NCBI RefSeq assembly: GCF_006345805.1
Contig: NC_043024.1
Span: 11,222,001-11,286,000, forward strand
Origin: Octopus sinensis
Taxonomy: Eukaryota
DNA length: 64,000 bases
Direction: 5' to 3'
Shown here: positions 12,814-26,470 of the stretch, piece by piece
How positions within the stretch are numbered: the first letter of the stretch is position 1
Layout of the letters: each line of letters starts with the position of its first letter
Program-made: the position numbers and the translations under genes
The notes under the pieces: generated by a model
What the model saw: the letters and a program-made list of their open reading frames with translations, nothing else
What the model was told of the DNA's origin: nothing
The model's database searches: none

Positions 12814-13133
12814 CCATGGACAGCGAGGCTCACCAATGGAGAAGTTCTTAAGCAGATCAGGGCGAAAATGTCGCTAGAAGCTAGGATCACCAAGGATAGA
12901 TTGGCATATTTCGGTCATATTATGCGGAGAAAATCCCTGGAGGACATCATGCTCGGAATGGTCAGTGGCAAGAGAGGAAGAGGCCGACCAAGAACCTGCT
13001 GGCTTGACACCATCAAGAGTGATACCGGAATGGACATAGCCAGTCTGAAAGAAGCGGCCCAGGATAGAACTGACTGGAGGACACTGATCCAACGAGTGAC
13101 CGAGAGTCGACTTCAACTGAATGGTTAGAAGAA
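12814..13133 (+). mobile_element. 5'-truncated RTE (BovB-like) LINE 3' end with TSD
   Basis: ORF end YFGHIMRR...GKRGRGRPRTCWLD...AQDRTDWR is typical of RTE C-termini. 10-bp direct repeat GTAGTGGATT at 12804-12813 and 13134-13143. Confidence 0.92.
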
Positions 13134-15566
13134 GTAGTGGATTTATATTCCTGATGTATATATAATCAAGTCGATCAATACTTTACTATTCCACCATCTC
13201 ACTTCTATATCTTTAAGTGGTATGTTCAACAACATATACACAATCATTTCACATTTACCTACAGCACTCATGCTTTCTTATATATATTTTTTTTTAAATA
13301 GTTATTATGATAAAACTCAAATTAGTCAACAACAGCGAAATGTTATTGAGGAAGGATAGCCATCCATCTATGAAGAAACATCTGTCAATTTAAAACTGTT
13401 TACTAATTGCAAATTAACCATTTCAGTCATTTGTAGTTAATGAATTAGTCAGATGTTTCTATTAAAATTAGTCAAAAAAAAAAAAATTGGTGATATCATT
13501 TTTTAATCAATAGAAAAATATTTTTTTTCTACATTTATATGTATATAAATTTATTTTTCAGAAAGGAGTATCTGGTATATATTTTATCTTCAAAAATAAA
13601 TACTTGATGAAATTATATCAAGATGTATATACGATGAAGCATCATTAACTGAAATGACAGGATGTAGAGTAACACTTGCAATCCTAATAAAATGATATCA
13701 AGTTAATAAATCAGAAACAGTAAAATGTTTAGTTTTAAATGTGGATTGCAATAATTAAATTATCAGCAAAAAAAAAAAAAAAAATTAAATTTAAATTAAA
13801 ATGCTCAAAGATAGTAAATTACAACCAAAGCACTAAAAATTAAACTTAAAACAAAATTCTAACAAAAATTGAAAGAATATTTTTTGTTTAATAAGTGTTC
13901 GAAGCCTTAAGCATTTTTCCATAATTATGGGAAATAAGAAATTTTCCTAGTAAGATAGCATTAGTTTTGTTTTACTAATAATTTTTCTTTTTTTTTTTTC
14001 AACATCTCTAGACCTTCTCAGTCTCATCTTCAGGATAAAATCATCATAACGGTGCCAGTATTGCCACATTTTTGTAGAAGGCAGCAAAGATCAATGGAAT
14101 GATGTAATTGCAAAAATCATCATCACCAGATTTAAATTAACTTTTAAAATTCGTTAAGCTGTTTAATCCCAAGTTATTCCCACTATTGCTGTGCCTGTGT
14201 GTTGATGTTTGTTTGGCAGTTTTGCTAATTAATAAAGAATCCACAGCTAATTCCATAAATATATAAAGATAGATAGACTGGTAAGTGTTAGCAAATCATA
14301 TTTCTTTATTTAGCTTTGTTTTCTGTTCTATAATGGCAACGTGCTGTGTCTCCTTATAAATACAAATATATATATATACACACACTTTACAACATGAGTG
14401 TTTAATTTCTAATATGTATAGAGATATGAGAATGCTTGTCACAGCTAAATATATATGTGAATGTGTATTTTTTTCCTTAGTCTGTGATTGGATTCCTTAT
14501 GTCTATATTGAACTGTATCCCTATCTAGTCAGAAGTGCAGGAACAAAATTTGCTTAGGAGACAAATTTTTCAGAAGGATATTTTCAAAGCGGTTTCATTG
14601 CCCCACCAAAATTTTAAGGTGGTGTGCCTGACTCCCTGTTCCTAAGCCTATGTATCTACTCAATCAAAGGAGACCCTATAAATATATCCAACATAAAGAA
14701 TGCTTCTGCAATATGTATGCACATATACAAGTTACAAATTTACATGTATATATACACATATACAAAATACATGCATACTTTACATAGAAATAGAAATAAA
14801 TATATACAATTTTTTTTTAACTTGAAGTATTCTTTTTATTCTTTTACTGGTTTCAGTCGTTGGACTGTGGCCATGCTGGGGCACCAACATACAATTTTTA
14901 AACTAAAGACACCCTTCCATAAGCCATCAAAAAATAGCTAAGAAAAAATAAATAGGGGAGAAAAAAACAAAAAAACATCACAGCCGAACATATAACCAAA
15001 ACTATTGCTCGATACATGGACTACATTCTAGCAATCATTAAAACAGGAAAAAAAAAACATTTACAATTTTAAACCAAACAACGTGATGATACATACCCTT
15101 TTCATCAGAAAATCGTAGAAACAAAATAGCAGAAAATCAAAGTATAAGTAAAATATTGGAAAACATTGAGGCATAAGATTATAAAATGACATATTTTAAA
15201 ATATAAAACAGAAAAAAAAATCTTACATTATTACATATGAAAAAAAAATTTTTTTTTCTCTAAATCCATTAAGTTACTTATATTAATTTAAAGGTTTTAT
15301 AGAAGTATTTACTTCAAAGGAGAAAGCTGAGCCCAACTCAAAAATAGAATTATTTGATTTTTTTGGGCTGCTGAAAAAAAAATTTTTTATATATAAATGC
15401 ATAAAAAAATAAAATAAATGAAGAACAAAGCATGTAAACCCACAAATCTTTTATCTTTTACTTGCTTCACTCATTGGATTGCAGCCATCCTGGGACATGG
15501 TCTTGAAGGGTTTTGTTGAACAAATTAATCCCAGTATTTACTGTTTAAGTCTGGTACTTATTTTAA

Positions 15567-15615
<49 letters not shown>

Positions 15616-16359
15616 TAAAAATATATAGCGGTGTATGTACACTTTGGTCTCTTATATGTAAGTATATATATCTAAATTTTGTACGACTCTATTATTCTTT
15701 CTACTCTTTCATTCTTTCCTTCTCTCTATCAGCCCTTTCATGCTTACTTTGTTCATTCCACTCTTCGTTCCCCCTCTCTCACATTTCCTGTCCTTCTCTT
15801 CATGCTCACTTTCCTTCCTCTTTCACTTCACTGTGTCCCTTTCATTTTTTTTCTCACCTCTCCCTAATTCTTCTATCCCTCTGCCTCTACCTCTCTCTCT
15901 TCTCTCCCCATGTGACCGGTGTTCGGCCAAGCCTAACCTTTCTTTCTTGGTTCAACTACCATCTATGCAACATCTATATTCCTCCCTGTGCCTGCCAAAT
16001 CATATGTCCCTGCCAGTATAATTTAATTCGTCCTCAGTCGAAAGACACCTGTTGTTATGTCCTGATATTTGCATTTGTATTTGCGTAACATTCTCCGTTT
16101 TTTTCCGTTCTTGTTTTCATATACATTTGCTGCTTTCTTCCAAGGAATCTGATGCTCTTAGCTTAGATTTTCCTTGAGGTTGGCCAGAATGGAGCAATCT
16201 CGAGTATACCCAGCCGAAATTGCAAAGATAATTTGGAACTCAACTGAGGATAGAAAACTCCGAATGACTAGTCCTTGTTTGCTTTGTACCGTCTGTCTGG
16301 ATGTTTTGCATTCTTGTCCCATTTTTGTATTTTTTATATATAAAATATATATATATAAA

Positions 16360-16413
<54 letters not shown>

Positions 16414-16514
16414 TACACAGTAAATAAGAAATAGAAAGTCTTTGATCCAGTATTATATATTAGAAAAAATTATCAGAAAAGCCATTTCTATTCACTTTTC
16501 AAAAATATATATGA

Positions 16515-16545
<31 letters not shown>

Positions 16546-16573
16546 CTACACACGTATGTATATACGAATATCT

Positions 16574-16616
<43 letters not shown>

Positions 16617-17095
16617 CACACACACATGAATATATACATACTTATAATATGTATGTATGCATGCATGCGTGAGTGTATGTTTGTGTCTCCTTGTCTACAC
16701 GTCACAATAGTTGCCAAGTGTCACTATAACACAAGCAAATGTCATTCACTTCTAATCTTTAGTGGAAACATGTCTGGTCAGTAGGAAGACCTGCCTCGCT
16801 TGGGAAAAGGTGAGAGTTGGTGACAGGAAGAGCATCCAGCAGCAGCAAAAAGCTATACTTAAAAATATAGCATTTTAACTTAGCACCAACTTCATCATAT
16901 GGCGCCTATTAACAGCTACGAAGAGCAAACAAGCAATAGAAACGTACACCATTATTATCTGAGCTTGATGTGAATCTAAAATAGAGAATAAAAAATCCCA
17001 AAGTCAAAACGAAATTCTTCAACTCTAATAACATGCAATATTTCCCTCAAGATTACCAAATGCTGTAGCTTACATAATAATGACTAACACTGCAT

Positions 17096-17112
17096 TTATT
17101 ATCATTATCATT

Positions 17113-17153
<41 letters not shown>

Positions 17154-17158
17154 TACTA
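17096..17158. repeat. (ATCATT)n/(ATT)n microsatellite
   Basis: Direct reading; source of the spurious poly-Ile ORF. Confidence 0.95.
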
Positions 17159-18070
17159 ATCAACTGGTCGTCTTTCTACTTTATACACTTCACCTTGCTT
17201 ACAAACAAGAAAATATCTCAACAACTTTCTCTAATGAGGAGTTTCTATCTGAGGCTGCTGCTAAAAAGAATGTATTCTCTTCTATGTATGCAAGTACATA
17301 TACTGATATACATACACACACACACAGAAGTGTGTGCTTGTGTGTGTGTGAAAGAAGCAAGGAGATACAGAAAAAACATAGACTAGTCGCTATAGAATTT
17401 CAGAAATCTCTCTATCTCTTTGGCAATGATACAAGCAATAGAGGAAGTTTGTCAGCAGTTGTGGTTGGTAAGTAAAAACCACTCAGGATTCCACTCATAG
17501 AAAGAAAAAAGAAAAAAAAAGAAGAAAAAAAACATTGTTTTTATTTATATTTCTATTACTTTTAACCACCCAATTTAGCTTCGTGAAAGAACATTTCAAT
17601 GCCAACCGCTTCCAAACCAAGCCTATTCTTTTATTCAAATTCAAAACTATAAAACTGATAAGAGAATCAGTCATATTATCCGAGTTGTATAAAAATATGC
17701 CCTATCAGACAAAGTAATAAAACACGATTAGTGTTTCCTGGACTATTAACCACAACTTTAGAGTGCATATTTACAGTATTTCTATCTGCATTGTGATTCA
17801 GTCAGATCTCTGGTCATTATCAGCTATCGTATTCATGTATTTATATTTAGCCCAAGGCTGGATTCATACTGGGTACTTAATGGCCTAGTGGCTACCACTG
17901 CCATTCACCTGAGTTTAGTAATAAAGGTTTCTGGTTCTAATCTAGTTTGGGTATTTATATATTTGGAAATACAACACCTGGTGGTGATGATCAGTTACCA
18001 AAGTGATGTAGATATAAATATCGTCTAAACACCAAGTTTTCTGTTAAATTATTATTTTAGACATATGCAT

Positions 18071-18467
18071 CTTTTATCTTTTGCTTGTTTCACTCACTGG
18101 ACTGCGGCTATGCTGGAGCACAGCCTTGAAGGATTAAGTCAAACAAATTGACCCCCAGTACTAATTTTATTGGTCTCTTTTGCCAAACTGCTAGGTTATG
18201 GGGACATAAACAAACTAACACCAGCTGTCAAGCAGTGGTGAGGGAGAGACACAAACACATTCTCTCTCTCTCTCACACACACACATACAGACACTCACAG
18301 ATACAATGGGCTTCAAACACAGTTTCCGTCTACCAAATTCACTCACAAGATTTTGCTTGGCCTGGAGCTATAGTGGAAGGCACTTGCCAAGGGTGCCATG
18401 CAGTGAGACTGAACACAAAGACATTTGGTTGCAAGACAAGTTTTTTTAACCACACAGCTATGTCTCC
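18071..18467 (-). mobile_element. SINE family A, diverged
   Basis: Colinear similarity to other copies. Confidence 0.8.
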
Positions 18468-19109
18468 ATCTATGCTTTACTAATAAACAATTTTACAACC
18501 CTCATAGAATGCCAAGTCAGGAAAGTCTGAGGCTACTGGCTAAAAAGGTTAAGACTTTGAACATTGAACCCAAATGCTAGCCCAGCTATGTCCCATGGTA
18601 ACCAGATTAATCCGTCAAGTAGGCACACCACAGATGTATAAAACTTAGATGTCTCAGCATGATCATTATACAATTAATGGGTGAATAACTGGGCGTTGTG
18701 TTATGGACACTTAAGACATCTAAAAGACACCGTATGATGGGAACAAGCCAACAACAGATCCTCTACAGAGGATCGACCAAAATGTTAGAAATAAGAGTTA
18801 AATCTCCTTCTAACGAAAATAGACTGGACACTGTAATTCCTGATATACACAAGGACAGGTATCAAGACTGACCTGGGGCTAAACAATAACACCAAGAGAA
18901 ATTAACTCCTGCATTCAAGTGGAAGTATTTGCTCTCTCTACCACAAAATCATACATATAACAGACTGTGTTTAGTATGAACAGCCCAGTCAGAGTTTAGA
19001 TTGTCCAACCTACCATTTATGTTATCTTAGCATCCATAATAATATTTGTGCATAATTGAATTACACAGACTATCTGTATGATAATAATGATAATAATAAT
19101 AATAATGAA

Positions 19110-19516
19110 ATTACTCTTTTAGTTGTTTCAGTCATTTGACTGCGGCCATGCTGCAGCACCGCCTTTAGTCGAGCAAATCGACCCCGGGACTTATTCTTTG
19201 TAAGCCCAGTACTTATTCTATCGGTCTTTTGCCGAACCGCTAAGTGACGGGGACGTAAACACACCAGCATCGGTTGTCAAGCAATGCTAGAGGGACAAAC
19301 ACAGACACACAAACATATACACACACATACATACATATATATATATATATATACATATATACGACAGGCTTCTTTCAGTTTCCGTCTACCAAATCCACTC
19401 ACAAGGCTTTGGTCGGCCCGGGGCTATAGCAGAAGACACTTGCCCAAGATGCCACGCAGTGGGACTGAACCCAGAACCTGTGGTTGGTAGGCAAGCTACT
19501 TACCACTCCTGCGCCT
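19110..19516 (-). mobile_element. SINE family A, full length
   Basis: High similarity to 1401-1779. Confidence 0.92.
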
Positions 19517-20190
19517 ATTGTATACAGTGCTCAGGTGCACCACAACTTGTCAGAAAGTGCGTATAAAGCATATGCAGTAATGTACAAATGTCTGGGAAGT
19601 GAACAGTGTATGAGTCAGATACATGCTTGCATGTGTATGGAGGGGAGAAAATCAGGTGTAGTGTTGGCGAATCTCAGGAAGCATGGAAGTTTTGAAGGAT
19701 GCAGTGCTCTGACAACTAACAATTGATGCCGGCAGTCTGTTCCATGCTTCAGCAACTCCTAGCTTGAAAAAAATGTTTCCGAAAGTCATGGAAGGAGCTG
19801 TGCTGTTTTCTGACTTTGTAAAACATGTCCACAGGTGTTAGACGGGTGGAGTTTGAAAAGGTGAAATACAAATAATAAATACTACTGAAGCTATACACAA
19901 TACGGAAGCTACTGCCAGAGAATTCTTTAGATAGGGGCATTTTTAATTCTTTATCCTGAAGCCTTAAAACAAGATGTAACAAGTACAATGCTTGGGGTTC
20001 CAATTACCTCATAATGTACAACAGAATGTGAGGACTGCAACTATTTAACTGTCACAACTTTTATCAAATTTTACCAAATTTGTTTTCAAATAAACTCTAT
20101 CAATCCAATGACAGAAATACCTTTTATAATAAATTTGAGGAATAATCAGTAGATGCTAAGCAATACCTTTTTGAAGTAAAATAAACTCAC

Positions 20191-20248
20191 CTCTTTTTTT
20201 AATATTCTATCAGCATCTTCTTGATTTTCAAATGTTACAAACCCATAA
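20191..20248 (-). CDS. boule: boule coding exon E4: (G)YGFVTFENQEDADRILKKE (completes RNP1 KGYGFVTF)
   Basis: 58 nt, acceptor tttcttttag, donor GAG|gtgagt, phase 2 to 0, continues E3 in frame. Confidence 0.97.
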
Positions 20249-20475
20249 CTAAAAAGAAAATAAGATGGTTATTATTTAAAATCATGCAAGATCTTGGATG
20301 TTACAGGATTTGAAACACAGAAGCAGAAAATTCCTTAACGATTCAGAGTTGGAGAAAGATAAATTCATCCATTCTCAATATCTCACTCAGCTTTAGTAAA
20401 TCCTGAGTATGAGCCAAAAAGACTGAAATTGGAAGAAATCTACTGCAAAAATATCACATTTATACATGTGTATAT

Positions 20476-20795
20476 ACTCTTTTACTCTTTTACTTGTTTC
20501 AGTCATTTGACTGTGGCCATGCTGGAGCACCACCTTTAGTCGAGCAAATCAACCCCGGGACTTATTCTTTGTAAGCCTAGTACTTATTCTATCGGTCTCT
20601 TTTGCCGAACCGCTAAGTTACAGGGACGTAAACACACCAGCATCAGTTGTCAAGCAATGCTAGGGGGACAAACACAGACACACAAACACATATACACACA
20701 TACATATATATACGACGGGCTTCTTTCAGTTTCCGTCTACCAAATCCACTCACAAGGCTTTAGTCGGCCTGAGGCTATAGTAGAAGACACCTTGC
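20476..20795 (-). mobile_element. SINE family A, head truncated
   Basis: Matches tail and body; stops at GAAGACACCTTGCCC. Confidence 0.9.
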
Positions 20796-21077
20796 CCCCA
20801 ACTAGATTTGTACTAAAAGTACTCCAACATCATCACAAAAGAAAATACACACACGTAACTATGCAATTATACCATTGAGTGTGACCAGATCAGTCAAGCT
20901 GGCTGCTTTTCAGTTGGCTGTGTCAAGTTTGATTGTAATCACAAGAAGTTTTATTAGAAATGGTTAACCAAGATCCTTAAATTTAATATAGATCATTGTG
21001 ATTACCTTCTGGTTGGCAGAAAAAAGAGTACCTTCCCTTGGTCAAGGCAAACATCTCGTCTAGTAAAAAAGAGGTTT

Positions 21078-21476
21078 CTCTTTCTCTTTTTACTTGTTTC
21101 AGTCATCTGACTGCGGCCATGCTGGAGCACCGCCTTTAATCAAGCAACTCTACCCTGGGAATTATTCCTTGTAAGCCCAGTACATATTCTATCGGTCTCT
21201 TTTGCCGAACCGCTAAGTAGCGGGGACATAAACACACCAGCATCAGTTGTCAAGCAATGCTGGGGGGACAAACACAGACACACACACACACATACATATA
21301 TATACATATATACAACAGGCTTCTTTCAGTTTCCGTCTACCAAATCCACTCACAAGGCTTTGGTCGGCCCAAGGCTATAGTAGAAGACACTTGCCCAAGG
21401 TGCCACGCAGTGGGACTGAACCCGGAACCATGTGGTTGGTAAACAAGCTACTTATCACACAGCCACTCCTGCGCCT
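21078..21476 (-). mobile_element. SINE family A, full length
   Basis: High similarity to other copies. Confidence 0.92.
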
Positions 21477-21573
21477 ACTTTCTGTCAATAAATCTGCTCA
21501 CACAAATACACACACGATGATAAAGACATACACACTCATGTGCATACATGTTTGTATGCATGTGTGTACATTC

Positions 21574-21615
<42 letters not shown>

Positions 21616-21705
21616 ATATGGATAAATGTAGCTAAGCAATTTGTTCTATTTGTTCTATTTGGAGGACAAACATTTCCTCCAAGGCAGAATTAAAAGTTTA
21701 CTTAC

Positions 21706-21797
21706 CCTTTGGACACCCCACCTCTGTCTGCAATTATCTTTGTGTCTTTCACTGTTCCATATGATGTGAAAAAAGCTTTCAACTCTGCTTCTGTCGT
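21706..21797 (-). CDS. boule: boule coding exon E3: TTEAELKAFFTSYGTVKDTKIIADRGGVSK(G)
   Basis: 92 nt, acceptor ctccttcacag, donor GG|gtaagt, phase 0 to 2. Matches the Boule RRM segment (human TNESDLRKFFSQYGSVKEVKIVNDRAGVSKG, from memory). Confidence 0.97.
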
Positions 21798-22511
21798 CTG
21801 TGAAGGAGACTGTTATATTTTAAATGAAACTCACTAACATTCAAATATATATATTTCACAGTGAAGAAAAATTTCATCAAAATATTTTCATTTCGTAAAA
21901 CAAATCAGAAAATAAATAACATCAATAAATCACTTGAATTTTAATATGAACCTGTAGAAAAAAATTACAGAATATATTCAGCTACAAGAGTTTTTAAAAT
22001 TAACATTAAAAACATCAATAATTATTAATTTACATCAAACATGTAGGTATTCACAATAAACTAAAATTTGTATATCAAATCCATGGCTATCTTAAAATAA
22101 TTGAAGAGTGTGTGCATGCTTCAGAAGGGACCAATTGCAAATTCAATCACAAATGGATCTAATGTGTCCCCATTAGACTGCATGCCTTTCACTCACTACC
22201 TCCTATTTTAACTTCTACCTGCTGTATCAATATTTCCTTTCAGTGATGTATACATAGAGATTTATATATGTGTGTGTATGTATGTATCTACATGTATGTC
22301 TGTATGTGTATGTATATATACACATACACATACACACACACAAACACACACACTGGTTTGTGAAGCTATCCTCCAAAGATTTCACAGAATCTGAAATCAG
22401 GTGCTCTAATGTTTCTGATAACTCAATAATTCAATTATCGTATTAATTTTTTTTAATAATGTACTAATTTTAAAAAATGAGTGCATTATAGAAATCCACC
22501 ACAAGGTCCAG

Positions 22512-22897
22512 TCCTTGTGTTGGCTTATGTACTTCAATAACCCAGAGAGCTGTGCCAGTAGATCACAAGCTCCTTGTAGGCCTCCCATGCTGGACAGGTC
22601 AAAGGATAGACGCCTTAATATTAAGGACCACCTCTTCTTAGAGGTAAAAATGGATTTGTTTAGGGCCAATACCCCTACCTAATAAAAAAACAAGGTTGCA
22701 GAAGCATTGATGATAGTTCAAAATTAGCAAGATCCAGGAGAGAAAGGTCTTCCTTCAGGGAAACATGATGTGGTGCAGCAAAATCTTAAAGGAAGCTGTA
22801 AGGAAATAGGGATCCAACTGTAGTGAAATAGGAAAGACAGCCCACAGCATCATTAGTGGCTTCTGCTCCAAAGGAGATGTAGGGGCTTAAGTAAGTA
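22512..22897 (+). mobile_element. bipartite RTE-derived non-autonomous retroposon (copy 2)
   Basis: Shares head (GAGCTGTGCCAG...CCCATGCTGGACAGGTCAA) and tail (CTGCTCCAAAGG...GCTTAAGTAAGT) with 3405-3722. Confidence 0.55.
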
Positions 22898-23799
22898 ATT
22901 CATAAATAGCATGCCCACATGAATTCCTTAAAAATAACCAACATTTACTTTTTACTTATTTTTTAATATAAATCACATTTCTTAAATAAATATTGTTTTC
23001 TGACCTAGGCCCTAAAAGCGCAAATTTGGAGGAGGGAGGAGTCAATTAAATCAAGCCTTATACTTAACTGGTATTTATTTTATTGGCCCCAGAGAATGAA
23101 AGGCAAACTTGGTCTACATAAATACTGGAACAAATCAAATGAGAACTTGCTGACCAAGAAAAATCATTTTAATTAATTCCATTTCTTGCAAACTAGGCTT
23201 TTTGGATTCAATAGCACCTTATTGATGGTAATCTATTAATTCTCTCCATGTTTTCACTAAACTGGAACTAAGGCAAGCAGAAAAAATGTTTCCTTTTGTA
23301 AGACAAAAAGCCATTCTAAGAGAAGAGTGTCACTAATCAACTAAAATGCTCTATAGTTGGTAAAAGAGTTTTAAATATAATTATTGAAAGTAAACAACTA
23401 AATAGAATAAAATCTGGAACTTGCACAAAAGAAAAGAAATATTTGATAGAAATTTCGATATCTGAAACATTTAAAATTTCTTTCTGAAGAAGGGGTTTTT
23501 TTGATACATTTGCTTGAAATACAAGATACAACACAACTGACAATGAGTTATGCATGGCAAGTTGATTGGTGTTGAAAATTACTTTGACAAGACCTTCTTC
23601 TAATAAACATATCAGCAGTGTACCTGTTTGAATAACCAATTATTTCTCTAATCTAAGGTTTACATACAACCCATAGACTAAGCTTGTATCAATGATCCTA
23701 GCTTGGCTGTTAAGATCTATTCTTTGAACGATAGCTGGAATTTGGCCAGCCTTCTATATATGTAACCTTTTCCTAAAAAAGTGAAAATCTGACTAAAAC

Positions 23800-23835
<36 letters not shown>

Positions 23836-23859
23836 AAATTAAATATATATAAAATTAAA

Positions 23860-23945
23860 TTTAAATTTAAATGTTGAAGTGAATCTGATGGTTTTTGTAT
23901 GTTTCTTAAATGGCTTATAAACACCTTCCACGCTGCAATTGTTTT
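23860..23945. repeat. unclassified dispersed repeat, also at 46738-46822
   Basis: AATTAAATTTAAATGTTGAAGTGAATCT...GGCTTATAAACACCTTCCAC present at both sites. Confidence 0.75.
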
Positions 23946-24458
23946 CATTCCAACACACGATCTCAGATCAGGTCACTTGCTATGCAAGTACATCTCCATA
24001 ATATATATATATATATATGTATATGTGAATTGTATGCTGAATGTTTGTCCAGAGTGGCTTCAGTTTAATAATGACAACTTGAAAACAGAGTCCATGTTTG
24101 CAAGCTCATCAAAATACAAGTCAAAGTTGCAAATCTGTTTTAGTTTCACTGTTGTTTTATAGGAATTTGGCTGCTATTTCTAGTGGGCTGAACAACCACA
24201 ACGAGGCTCTCATGTTGGCTCATTATTAATATGTGGTTACTAAATTATGTAGGTTCATGTTTAGTCACTAGACTGTCTTCTTAACACCTGGAGATTCCTT
24301 CTGCTGCTAATTTATAGATTTTATACAGAAAGTAACTTTCTGTATAAAAGAACTTGAAATAATCCTAGTAAGCTATCATAATCTGAACCAGCAATTATAT
24401 ACAATTATGAAATAAGAATTTCAACTACAATCTTTTATAATATAACACTTTTTTTATA

Positions 24459-24853
24459 CTGTTGTGTCTGGGGAGAGTCATTTTCTTTTTGTGCCTTATT
24501 ATTTAACACACTCACCGGTAAAATTTCCACTTATTTCTCATTTTTATTTTCCTAAAAATTTCCACTTATTTCTTATTTTTATTTTCCTAAAAATTTCCAC
24601 TTCTTTCTTATTTTTATTTTCCTAAAATTTTCGTTGCGTGTTGCAACCTTTCCAATAGTTTTGACTGTGTCCATTATTTACACGTTATTTACAGGAACGC
24701 AGTGTAAATAACGGACAGAGTCAAAACTATTGAAAAGGTTGCAACACAACGAAAATTTTAGGAAAATAAAAATAAATAAGTGGAAATTTTACCAGTGTGT
24801 GTGTGTTACATTATAAGGCACAAAAAGAAAATGACTCTCCCCAGACACAACAG
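24459..24853. mobile_element. foldback (near-fully palindromic) MITE
   Basis: CTGTTGTGTCTGGGGAGAGTCATTTTC...GAAAATGACTCTCCCCAGACACAACAG. The arms pair over almost the whole length; the left arm has a roughly 33-bp unit in three copies. Confidence 0.88.
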
Positions 24854-25087
24854 AATATGCTTCAACACACGAACTCACATAAAGAATCTTGCAAACCAAA
24901 TCCAAAAACGAAATACTTTTTTTATAATTCTCTAGTTTTAAAAAAAGAATTCATTACACATGGAAGCTTAACAGCAACAAAGATCAGAGAATTTTGTGTA
25001 AATTTCTTATGTTCCCACTCATAATTTACCATAGTTTTAGAATTTTACATTGACATATGATTAAGTCATCAATATATAGAAAGACAA

Positions 25088-25298
25088 AGGCAGTGAGCTG
25101 ACAGAATCATTAGCATGCTGGGCAAGATGCTTAGCAGTATTTCATATCTTTATGTTCTGGGTTCAAATTCCGCCAGGGTTGACTTTGCTTTCCATCCTTT
25201 CGGGGTCGATAAAATAAGTACCAATTGAATCCTGGGGTTGATCTAATCAACTTACCCCCTCCCCCGAAATTGCTAACCTTGTGCAAAAACTTGAAACC
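25088..25298 (+). mobile_element. SINE family B, diverged
   Basis: Head and core motifs present. Confidence 0.78.
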
Positions 25299-25451
25299 AA
25301 TATATAGAAAGACAGAATGGAATAAACAGAACAGGAAACACAGGGGATGGAAGCGTCACTGAAGAGGTCACAGGGGTACGTGACAAAAGATTTCCAGACA
25401 ATGGACCAATAATAAACGAGTGAGGAACGAATATATAGTGCATGTGCTTAT

Positions 25452-25838
25452 AGGTGTAGGAGTGGCTGTGTGGTAAGTAGCTTGCTTACTAACCACATGG
25501 TTCTGGGTTCAGTCCCACTGTGTGGCACCTTCGGCAAGTGTCTTCTACAATAGCCTCGGGCCGACCAAAGCCTTGTGAGTGGATTTGGTGGACGGAAACT
25601 GAAAGAAACCCGTTGTATATATGTATATATATGTGTATATGTGTGTCTGTGTTTGTCCGCCCCACATCACTTGACAAACGATGCTGGTGTGTTTACGTCC
25701 TCATAACTTAGCAGTTCGGCTAAAGAGACCGATAGAATAAGTACTAGGCTTACAAAGAATAAGTCCTGGGATCGATTTGCTCGACTAAAGGCGGTGCTCC
25801 AGCATGCCACAGTCAAATGACTGAAACAAGTAAAAGAA
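25452..25838 (+). mobile_element. SINE family A, full length, antisense to boule
   Basis: Plus-strand head GGAGTGGCTGTGTGGTAAG and tail GACTGAAACAAGTAAAAG. Confidence 0.92.
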
Positions 25839-26174
25839 TATGGCAAGAAAACGAAAACGACCGTCCCAAAATATAACAATGTCACTAATCTTCCTAAATA
25901 TTGGGGACAGTGACAATGAACATGCAACAATGAAAGGGTTTAAACACTATTTAAACAACACCTCCTTCTCACTATCTAATCAGATATCTTCAAGGTTTCA
26001 GCCCCAAAAGGAAGTACCACTCCATTCAAATGTCAATAACATATATGCACAAAAAAAAAAGGAACCCAATGTAACACTTTGGGAATATACAAACAGAATT
26101 TGTATTCAAACCAAAATGAAAATCAAAAGCTTTATAATATCCACTTTGTAGCTGCTTGGTCAAATATTTTTTAT

Positions 26175-26470
26175 CGTTTACTTGTTTCAGTCATTAGACA
26201 GTGGTCTTTAGTTGAATGAACTGACCCCAGTTCTAAGCCTCTTACTCGCTTTACTGATTGATCTCTATTGCTGAACCACCAAGTCACAGGGATGTAAACA
26301 CACCAACACTAGTTGCCAAGTAGCAGTGGGGTGACAAACGCATACACACACAACAGACTTCTTTCAGTTTCTTTCTACCAAATCCGCTCACAAGGCTTTG
26401 GTCAGCTCGTGGTTAGAGTAGAAAACACTTTGCCCAAGGTGCCACACAGTGGGACTGAACCCAAAACCAC
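26175..26470 (-). mobile_element. SINE family A, diverged and partial
   Basis: Tail and body motifs present. Confidence 0.7.

Noticed and set aside
13960-14110. Minus-strand open stretch MWQYWHRYDDFILKMRLRRSRD as an alternative boule terminal exon
   Set aside because: No AG acceptor gives it in frame with E4.
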